This document shows, in pieces, positions 1 to 6,173 of a DNA stretch of 11,720 nucleotides. The notes beneath the pieces were generated by a model that saw nothing but the letters and a program-made list of their open reading frames with translations, did not search any database and had not been told where the DNA came from. Both the position numbers and the translations under genes were made by a program. How positions within the stretch are numbered: position 1 is the stretch's first letter; every line of letters starts with the position of its first letter. The DNA comes from Candidatus Methylomirabilia bacterium (GTDB lineage: Bacteria; Methylomirabilota; Methylomirabilia; Rokubacteriales; CSP1-6). The DNA lies in NCBI GenBank assembly GCA_041496385.1, contig JBGQEL010000130.1, positions 1-11,720 of the forward strand. Reading direction: 5' to 3'.

Positions 1-2
1 AC

Positions 3-407
3 ATGACCGAGCGCGATATCGAACTGTTCAACAACAGCCTCGAGCGGTGCGTGGACCGGCCCGAATTCCTGGATCGCTTCTACGAGCTCTTCATGGGCTC
101 CTCGGACGAAGTGGCGTCGAAGTTCCGGGAGACGGACTTCGCGAAGCAGAAGCGGGTTCTCCGGGTGTCGCTGTACGCGATGATGTCCGTCGGCCAGGGA
201 AACGCCGAGGTCGATGCCCGGCTCGAGCGCCTCGCGGCACTCCACAGCCGGAGCGCGCTCGATATCAGGCCGGCGCTGTACGCCGTCTGGCTCGATTGTC
301 TGATTCAGGCCGTGCGGGAGCTCGATCCCTCGTTCGGGAGCGAGACGGAGCGGGCCTGGCGGAACGTCATGCGGCCCGGGATCGAGCTCATGAGCGCGAG
401 GTACTGA
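3..407 (+). CDS. Single-domain globin (myoglobin-like fold), 134 aa
   Basis: Globin hallmarks by eye: B-helix FLDRFYELF (B9 Phe/B10 Tyr), CD1 Phe (VASKF), E7 Gln (AKQKRVL), proximal F8 His (LAALHSR), H-helix ETERAW. ATG is at the window edge, so an upstream extension cannot be excluded. Confidence 0.88.
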   Translation: MTERDIELFNNSLERCVDRPEFLDRFYELFMGSSDEVASKFRETDFAKQKRVLRVSLYAMMSVGQGNAEVDARLERLAALHSRSALDIRPALYAVWLDCLIQAVRELDPSFGSETERAWRNVMRPGIELMSARY

Positions 408-1317
408 GGCCGGCGGCGAGCAGCGCCGCGCGGATCCCCTCGCGCTCGGCCGCGCTCACCGCGGTCAGCGGCGGCCGGACGTGCGCGGCGGGGATGCGCC
501 CGAGCAGCACGAGCGCCTCCTTCATCCGGTTGTGCATATCCACGAACGGCGGTGCGTAGAAGACACGGACCAGCGGGTCCAGCCGGTCGTTGATCTGCCG
601 CGCGCCGTCGAGGTCGCCCTTCTGGCACGCGTCGAACAGCTCGGCCTGCAGGTCGGCGGCCACGCTCCCCATGCCCGAGATCGCGCCGTCGGCGCCGAGC
701 ACGAAGGTCGCCATCAGCGACATCGTGAACGACGAGAGCATCGCCACGGGCCGGCCCGTCGCGCGGAGCGCGCGCAGGTTGCGCTCGAACGCGACGATCT
801 CGTTCGACCAGTCCTTGACGCCGGCCACCTGTGGAATGTCCGCGAGCCGGGCGAGGGTCTCGGCCGAGTAGCCGATGCCGGAGGCGAGCGGATACTCGAA
901 GACGATGATCGGCAGGTCCGTCTTGTCGGCGATCTCCGAGAAGTGGCGAAGCACCATCTCGGGCTTCTGCTGCGCCCCCCACATGAAGAGCGTCGGCGGG
1001 AACACGAGGACACCCGCGGCGCCCGCCGCCTTGGCGTCCCGGGCGAGCTCGACCGCCTCCGCCGTTCCGTCGGCGTAGACGCCGGCCACGAGGGGGCACG
1101 CGGCGCCCACCTCGTCACGCGCGATCGCGAGCGCCCGGCGGCGCTCCTCGCGGGTGAGTGACGAGACCTCCGAGGCGTGGCCGTTGACGACGATCCCGGT
1201 GACGCCGCGCGTGTCGGCGAGCCAGCGGAGGTGCGCGCGGTAGGCGGCCTCGTCGATCGACAGGTCCGCCCGGAAGGGCAGGATGTTCGCCGGCATGATC
1301 CCCGAGAACTTCAGCAT
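388..1317 (-). CDS. Dihydrodipicolinate synthase (DapA/NAL) family class I aldolase/lyase, probably not a true DHDPS, 309 aa
   Basis: FSGIMPANILPF..DLSIDE N-terminus, GIVVNGHASE at the GxxGE position, Schiff-base Lys in AGVKDWS, GADGAISG, C-terminal VRPPL. Start overlaps the upstream stop (ATGCTGA). Confidence 0.9.
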   Translation of the reverse strand: MLKFSGIMPANILPFRADLSIDEAAYRAHLRWLADTRGVTGIVVNGHASEVSSLTREERRRALAIARDEVGAACPLVAGVYADGTAEAVELARDAKAAGAAGVLVFPPTLFMWGAQQKPEMVLRHFSEIADKTDLPIIVFEYPLASGIGYSAETLARLADIPQVAGVKDWSNEIVAFERNLRALRATGRPVAMLSSFTMSLMATFVLGADGAISGMGSVAADLQAELFDACQKGDLDGARQINDRLDPLVRVFYAPPFVDMHNRMKEALVLLGRIPAAHVRPPLTAVSAAEREGIRAALLAAGLSTSRS

Positions 1318-1964
1318 GTCGACACCTCGTCGATGATCTCTTTCGTCGGGACGACCCGACCGTACGCTCGCTTGATGATATCAAGAGTCGCCCGCTGGAT
1401 CTCGGGCCAGAGCGTCGCCACGCCGTCCTCGACCACCGACACGCGGTACTCGCGGTTGAACGCGCCGACGACCGTCGCCAGGACGCAGATGTCCGTCATG
1501 GTGCCGGTGACGACGAGGGAGGTCACCGCGCGGGCGCGGAGGGCGCCGTCCAGCGGCGTGCCGGCAAAGCCGTCGTACCAGCGCTTCCGGACGACCAGCT
1601 CGCCCGGCAGGGGCCGGAGCTCCTCCACCGTCTCGGCGCTCGGCGTGCCCTCCAGGCAGGACGACGAGGGCCGCCCGAAGCCGGTGGGGGCGCCGGGCCG
1701 CGCGGGCTTGTGCTCGGGGTGAAGCTCGCCGACGAGGAGCGGCGCCGCCTCCGAGTACACGAACTCGGTGAAGACGACCGGCAGGCGCAGCGCGCGGAAG
1801 CGGTCCAGCAGCGTCCGGATCCGCGGGACGATCTCGCGCGCGGTCGGAACCTCCATGGCCTCGCCCGCGGCGACGAACCCGCGCTGCATGTCGACGACCA
1901 GCAGCGCCGTCCGTCCGGCTTCGAGGCGGAGGGTGCGCTCGAACGCCTCGCGCCGCTCGGTCAC
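1311..1964 (-). CDS. Isochorismatase-family cysteine hydrolase (amidohydrolase), 217 aa
   Basis: Asp-Lys-Cys triad motifs ALLVVDMQRGF, VVRKRWYDGF, VTGTMTDICV. Start placed at GTG 1964-1962, overlapping the LLM stop (GTGA). The 489-aa ORF-track call is over-extended through another frame of the LLM gene. Confidence 0.9.
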   Translation of the reverse strand: MTERREAFERTLRLEAGRTALLVVDMQRGFVAAGEAMEVPTAREIVPRIRTLLDRFRALRLPVVFTEFVYSEAAPLLVGELHPEHKPARPGAPTGFGRPSSSCLEGTPSAETVEELRPLPGELVVRKRWYDGFAGTPLDGALRARAVTSLVVTGTMTDICVLATVVGAFNREYRVSVVEDGVATLWPEIQRATLDIIKRAYGRVVPTKEIIDEVSTC

Positions 1965-2896
1965 GCGAGCCTCGGCAGGATCTCGCGCGCGACGATCTCG
2001 ACCTGCTCGGGCTCGTACCGGTAGGGGATCAGGATGATACGATCCACGCCCGTCGCCGCGTGGGCGCGCAGCTGGGCCACGCACTCCTCGACGCTGCCGC
2101 GGATCGCGTGCTCGATCGTGGACTCGCTCCAGGCCGCCACGTCCCACTCGGTCTGGAGCCAGTGCCGCATCGGCGCCTCGGTCTCGGCGCGTGAACGCCC
2201 GACGTAGATCGCGAGCTGGTTGGTGCCCGTGAGCGTCCTGGGATCGCGTCCGGCCTCGCGCGCGAAGCCGAGGATCTTCTCCCACGACTTCCGGTAGCTC
2301 TCGGGCGTGTAGAAGTAGGTGAGCCAGCCGTCGCCCCTCGTCGCCACGCGCTTGAGCACCGCGTCCACGTAGCCGCCGATGAGGATCGGCGGACGCGGCC
2401 GCTGGACGGTGGGGGGCCGCATCACGGCGTCGCGCAGGTTGAACTCGTCCGCCCGGAGCGTCACGCGCTCCTCGGTCCAGAGCCGCGTGAGGATCTCGAG
2501 ATTGCGCTCGAAGAGGCGCCCGCGCTGCTTGAAGGCGACGCCGACCGCGTCGAACTCGCGCGCGTACCAGCCCGCGGCGACGCCGAGGATGAGGCGGCCC
2601 TTGGAGACGACGTCGAGCGTGCCGAGCGCCTTGGCCGCGACCGTGGGATTCCGGAGCGGCAGGACCATGACGCCGGTCCCGAGCCGGATCGTCGTGGTCC
2701 GCGCGGCGATCGCGGTGAGGATCCCGACGGCGTCGAGGATGGGGAAGGCGGGCTCGACGCCCAGGATCACGTGGTCCCACGCCCAGAGCGACTCGAAGCC
2801 GAGCGCCTCCGCGCGCGCGGCGTAGGCGAGGATCGCGTCAACGTCCGGTGTCTCCGCCGGGCCGACGAAGTTCTTGATCGCGAGTCCCCAGTCCAT
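1961..2896 (-). CDS. Luciferase-like (LLM) class flavin/deazaflavin-dependent oxidoreductase, 311 aa
   Basis: AEALGFESLWAWDH, IRLGTGVMVLPLRNP, TLDVVSKGRLILGVAAGW..EF, PPILIGG, GDGW. ATG at 2896-2894 lies 2 nt after the preceding stop. Cofactor (FMN vs F420) cannot be read from sequence. Confidence 0.92.
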   Translation of the reverse strand: MDWGLAIKNFVGPAETPDVDAILAYAARAEALGFESLWAWDHVILGVEPAFPILDAVGILTAIAARTTTIRLGTGVMVLPLRNPTVAAKALGTLDVVSKGRLILGVAAGWYAREFDAVGVAFKQRGRLFERNLEILTRLWTEERVTLRADEFNLRDAVMRPPTVQRPRPPILIGGYVDAVLKRVATRGDGWLTYFYTPESYRKSWEKILGFAREAGRDPRTLTGTNQLAIYVGRSRAETEAPMRHWLQTEWDVAAWSESTIEHAIRGSVEECVAQLRAHAATGVDRIILIPYRYEPEQVEIVAREILPRLA

Positions 2897-2898
2897 GG

Positions 2899-3666
2899 CT
2901 AGCCGAGGAACCTTCGCTCGGGGTCCAGCGCGCGGAGCAGCGCCAGCTCGTCGGCCGCCGGCGGCTCCGTCGTCTCGACCACGGGCGCCGCGTCGAGCTC
3001 GAAGCCCGTATTGTCGCGGATCGTCTGGACGGTCACGCCCGGATGGACGGCCTCGACCCGCATGCGCCGGCTCTCGGGCTCGAAGCCGAGGATGCCGAGC
3101 GTCGTGACCACGCGCGAGACGCCGCCGAAGAGGAGGCCGGCGGCCCGGCGCGCGCCGGCGCCGCCGAGCCAGCCCGGGCTCGTGACGAAGTCCACCCGCG
3201 GGACGAAGCGTCGCTTCTCGTGCGCGGTGACGATGATGATCTCGCGGCAGAGCGAGGCGATGTCGTTGGCGCCCCCCGTGCCCGGCAGCCGCACCTTCGG
3301 CTTCCAGTAGTCGCCGATCGCCGTCGTGTTGATGTTGCCGTACCGGTCGATCTGGGCACCGCCCATGAACCCCACGTCCACGAAGCCGCGCTGGGCGAAG
3401 AGGAAGGCGTCGGTGATCCCGGGCAGCATCTGGGCCCGCCGGCCCGCGCGCATCTCGTTCGTCGAGATCGGCAGCCGCCCTGGCGCGATCTCGGGTCCGA
3501 TGATGCCGCCCTCGATCACCATCGTGAGCCGGGGCGCGTGGCGCTGCTTGGCGAGCGCCGCGGCGAGGAGCGGCACCCCCACGCCGGCGAACACGGTGGT
3601 GTCGTCGCGGAGCTGACGCGAGGCGATGACCGCCAGCAGCTCGGACGCGTTGAAGGGTCCGCTCAC
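2899..3666 (-). CDS. Family I CoA-transferase subunit B (glutaconate/3-oxoadipate CoA-transferase GctB/CatJ-like), 255 aa
   Basis: VFAGVGVP, candidate catalytic Glu in MVIEGG, GFMGGAQIDRYGNINTT, RLPGTGGANDIAS, RRFVPRVDFVTSPG. GTG start overlaps the subunit A stop (GTGA). Confidence 0.92.
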   Translation of the reverse strand: MSGPFNASELLAVIASRQLRDDTTVFAGVGVPLLAAALAKQRHAPRLTMVIEGGIIGPEIAPGRLPISTNEMRAGRRAQMLPGITDAFLFAQRGFVDVGFMGGAQIDRYGNINTTAIGDYWKPKVRLPGTGGANDIASLCREIIIVTAHEKRRFVPRVDFVTSPGWLGGAGARRAAGLLFGGVSRVVTTLGILGFEPESRRMRVEAVHPGVTVQTIRDNTGFELDAAPVVETTEPPAADELALLRALDPERRFLG

Positions 3667-4619
3667 CCCGTGAGCTCGCGCGCGCGCCGCGCCTGGCGCG
3701 CCAGGCGCTCACCGCCGCAGAGATCGAGATAGTCGGCCCACGTGGGCGGCGCGTACGCGTAGCGCTCGAGATAGTCGGCGACCGCGCCCGGGCCCGCGGC
3801 GTCGATCGCGGCCGTGTACTCGGCGAAGTGATCGACGTCGGCCTCGTAGAGGCCGTAGCACTCGTGCGGGAACGAGCCGAACGGGACGTGGACGAGCGCG
3901 TCCACGAGAAAGCCGGGGATGACCGTGCGGTCGGGGTGGCGTCGCGTCTCCTCCTCGGGAATGAGCTCCTCCGCGGTGACGAGCACGGTCGCCGCGGCGC
4001 TCGCGATGTCGGCGTCCATGTGGCGATAGCCGTCGATCTGGCAGTTGCCGAACCGGTCCGCGCGATGGACGTGGAGGAGCGCGACGTCGGGAAAGAGCGC
4101 CGGCACCGCGGCGAGCGTCTCGCCCGTGTACGGGTCCTGGATCGTCTTTGTCCCGCCGACGGCCATGAGGTCGGAGCCGAGCATCGTGAGCGCCGGGAGG
4201 AACGGAACGCCCATCGCGCCCGCGCGGAAGCGCAGGCCGAGCGCCAGATGGCTCCACTCCTCGAGCGCGACCGCGCCGGACTCGACGTAGTGGCGCATGA
4301 TCTTCGAGACGCCCCAGGGCAGCCCGATGGACATCCACGCGGTGACGATGCGCTCGACCGCCCCCGCGGCCATGAGGAACTCGCCCTCGGTGCAGGTGAG
4401 ATTGCGCGCGAGCGTCAGGCCGCGCCGTCGCTGCCGGAGGAGCTCGCGCACGAGCGCCATCGGCGTGCGCGAGAACAGGCAGCCGCCGACGGCCAGCGTG
4501 TCGCCGTCCCGCACGCGGGCCACGGCGTCCTCCAGGGTCGTGAGCTTCTCGCCGGCGCTCTTCGGCTTCGCCTCGATCCGGCGGCGGGCGGCGACGAAGT
4601 CGTGCTCGCGCGGGTTCAG
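3663..4619 (-). CDS. Family I CoA-transferase subunit A (GctA/CatI-like); start uncertain (CTG 4619 proposed, first canonical start GTG 4523)
   Basis: EKLTTLEDAVARVRDGDTLAVGG, RAGAMGVPFLP, DPYTGE, PDVALLHVHRADRFGN, VPFGSFPHEC. The frame is open and protein-like upstream of 4523, up to the stop of the preceding gene. Confidence 0.88.
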   Translation of the reverse strand: MNPREHDFVAARRRIEAKPKSAGEKLTTLEDAVARVRDGDTLAVGGCLFSRTPMALVRELLRQRRRGLTLARNLTCTEGEFLMAAGAVERIVTAWMSIGLPWGVSKIMRHYVESGAVALEEWSHLALGLRFRAGAMGVPFLPALTMLGSDLMAVGGTKTIQDPYTGETLAAVPALFPDVALLHVHRADRFGNCQIDGYRHMDADIASAAATVLVTAEELIPEEETRRHPDRTVIPGFLVDALVHVPFGSFPHECYGLYEADVDHFAEYTAAIDAAGPGAVADYLERYAYAPPTWADYLDLCGGERLARQARRARELTG

Positions 4620-5662
4620 GTGAGGATCTCCCAGCGCGGCTGGTAGCGGTCCAGCTCGCGGAGGGTCCGCTCGTCCATGGGGTGCGGGCGCTCGGGGACC
4701 TCCACGCGCTTGTCCTCGCCGCAGAGCGCGGTCGTGAAGTAGCGCTGGCCCGTGTCGTTCGCCATCGTCACGATCGCGGCGAGCTCGGGGCGGCGGCGCG
4801 CGAGCTTGAGCGCGGCGGCGACGTTGCAGCCCGTCGAGATACCGCAGAAGATGCCCTCCTCACGCGAGAGCCGGCGCGCCATTTCGACCGACTCCGCCGT
4901 GGTCGTCGTGATGACGCCCGAGAGGAGCGAGACGTCGAGGTTGACGGGGATGAAGCCGTCGCCGATGCCCTCGATGCCGTGCGGGCCCCACGCCCGCCGC
5001 GCCAGGAGCGCGCACTCGTCGGGCTCGACGGCGTAGAGGCGGACCGCGGCGTCGCGCTCGCGCAGGAAGCGGCCCACGCCCGAGAGCGTGCCGCCGCTCC
5101 CCTGGGCGTCCACGAACGCGCCCACGCGGCCGCCGCACTGCTCCCAGATCTCGGGCGCCGTCGTGACGTAGTGGGCCTCGACGTTGTCGGGGTTGTCGAA
5201 CTGCCCGGGAACCCAGTAGGCGGCCGGATCGGCCGCGCGGATCGCGGTGAGGCGCTGGAGCGAGAGGTCCACGTCGCTCTCGCCGCCGGCCGTGAACACG
5301 AGCTCGGCGCCGTAGGCGCGCATGATCTTCTTGCGCTCGTCGCTCATGCCCTCGGGCATGACGATGGTGCAGGGGTAGCCCTTCAGGGCCGCGACGAACG
5401 CGCAGGCGATGCCGGCGTTGCCGGTCGAGCACTCCAGCACGCGCATGCCGGCCCTCAGGTCGCCCCGCGCCTCGGCGCGGGCGAACATGTGCAGGTAGAT
5501 CCGGTCCTTGAGGCTGCCGGTCGCGCCGTACCACTCGAGCTTGAGGTAGACGGGCGGGGTGAGGCCCGCCGTGACGCGGTTGAGACGGACCAGCGGCGTG
5601 CGGCCGACGGCGTGCGCGATCGAAGGCAGGGCCAGATGGTGGGCGTCCCAGTGGATCGTCAC
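4616..5662 (-). CDS. PLP-dependent cysteine synthase / cystathionine beta-synthase family protein (fold type II), 348 aa
   Basis: VGRTPLVRL, GSLKDR (PLP Lys), ECSTGNAG, MPEGMSDER, QFDNPDN..AHY.TT..EI, GSGGT, HGIEGIG, EEGIFCGISTG, DTGQRY. Motifs deviate from canonical CysK, so no symbol is given. Confidence 0.92.
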   Translation of the reverse strand: MTIHWDAHHLALPSIAHAVGRTPLVRLNRVTAGLTPPVYLKLEWYGATGSLKDRIYLHMFARAEARGDLRAGMRVLECSTGNAGIACAFVAALKGYPCTIVMPEGMSDERKKIMRAYGAELVFTAGGESDVDLSLQRLTAIRAADPAAYWVPGQFDNPDNVEAHYVTTAPEIWEQCGGRVGAFVDAQGSGGTLSGVGRFLRERDAAVRLYAVEPDECALLARRAWGPHGIEGIGDGFIPVNLDVSLLSGVITTTTAESVEMARRLSREEGIFCGISTGCNVAAALKLARRRPELAAIVTMANDTGQRYFTTALCGEDKRVEVPERPHPMDERTLRELDRYQPRWEILT

Positions 5663-5671
5663 GGGGACAGC

Positions 5672-5700
5672 AGTTTACCCGAAACCTCCTACGGTATCTA
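5672..5700 (-). promoter_or_regulatory. Candidate sigma70-type promoter for the six-gene enzyme operon
   Basis: Minus strand TAGATA (5700-5695), 17-nt spacer, TAAACT (5677-5672). The -10 ends 9 nt before the GTG start at 5662. AT-rich relative to the flanks. Confidence 0.5.
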
Positions 5701-5717
5701 CGCGAACCGGATCCTTC

Positions 5718-6095
5718 TCACACGATGCCCGACGCGTCGAACGCGGCCGGGATGTGGCGTACCTCGAAGCGCCCGCCGCCGCGCGCGGTGACCGCCACGA
5801 CATCGAAGCGGCAGTGCGCCTCGGCGATGCGCATCCACTTGAGGTAGTGCTGGGCCAGGCGGATGAGCCGTCGACGCTTCCACCACGAGACCGCGGCGCC
5901 GGGCCCGTCGTCCCAGCGCTCCTGCCGGCACTTGACCTCGACGAAGACCCACACCTCGCGGTCGCGGCAGACGATATCGATCTCACCCTGGCGGAGCCGG
6001 ACGTTCCGCGCGACGATCCGAAGGCCGGCGCGCTCGAGCACGCGCGCCGCGGCTTCCTCCGCCGCGCGACCCAGCAGGTGACGGGGATCTCCCAT
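5718..6095 (-). CDS. yraN: YraN (UPF0102) family PD-(D/E)XK-fold nuclease, 125 aa
   Basis: LGRAAEEAAARVL, IVARNVR...GEIDIV, VFVEVKCR, KRRRLIRLAQHYL, CRFDVVAV, HIPAAF; typical length. Confidence 0.93.
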   Translation of the reverse strand: MGDPRHLLGRAAEEAAARVLERAGLRIVARNVRLRQGEIDIVCRDREVWVFVEVKCRQERWDDGPGAAVSWWKRRRLIRLAQHYLKWMRIAEAHCRFDVVAVTARGGGRFEVRHIPAAFDASGIV

Positions 6096-6102
6096 GCCGA
6101 GG

Positions 6103-6145
6103 ATTCTCGTGCGGATGCGCCGTCGTGAAAATGTCCAATGTTTCA
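6103..6145 (-). promoter_or_regulatory. Candidate yraN promoter with overlapping inverted repeat
   Basis: Minus strand TTTTCA (6131-6126), 17-nt spacer, GAGAAT (6108-6103), then 7 nt to ATG 6095 with no Shine-Dalgarno. TGAAA-N10-TTTCA at 6126-6145. Confidence 0.35.
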
Positions 6146-6150
6146 GACAC

Positions 6151-6172
6151 CCGCCGCCCCTCCGGCGTGCGG
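6151..6172 (-). terminator. GC-rich hairpin immediately after the livF stop (possible terminator or 3' stability element)
   Basis: Minus strand CCGC-A-CGCC, loop GGAGG, GGCG-GCGG: 8 bp with one bulge. No U-tract follows, and such stems arise easily at this GC content. Confidence 0.2.
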
Positions 6173-6173
6173 C

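Noticed and set aside
1311..2780. 489-aa ORF suggesting an extended isochorismatase
   Set aside because: The N-terminal part is an off-frame read of the LLM gene. Family similarity starts at the GTGA junction at 1964.
1961..3712. 583-aa ORF suggesting an N-terminally fused LLM
   Set aside because: The first ~270 residues are an Arg/Gly/Ala-rich alternative frame of the CoA-transferase B gene. The LLM begins at ATG 2896.
2899..4619. CoA-transferase pair as an IpdAB-like ring-cleaving hydrolase
   Set aside because: Subunit B keeps the GctB-type Glu (VIEGG) and there are no steroid-catabolism genes nearby, so an ordinary family I transferase is more parsimonious.
388..5662. Assigning the symbols dapA, cysK, rutA, rutB or gctAB
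   Set aside because: Family membership is clear, but active-site motifs and context do not support orthology to the named genes.
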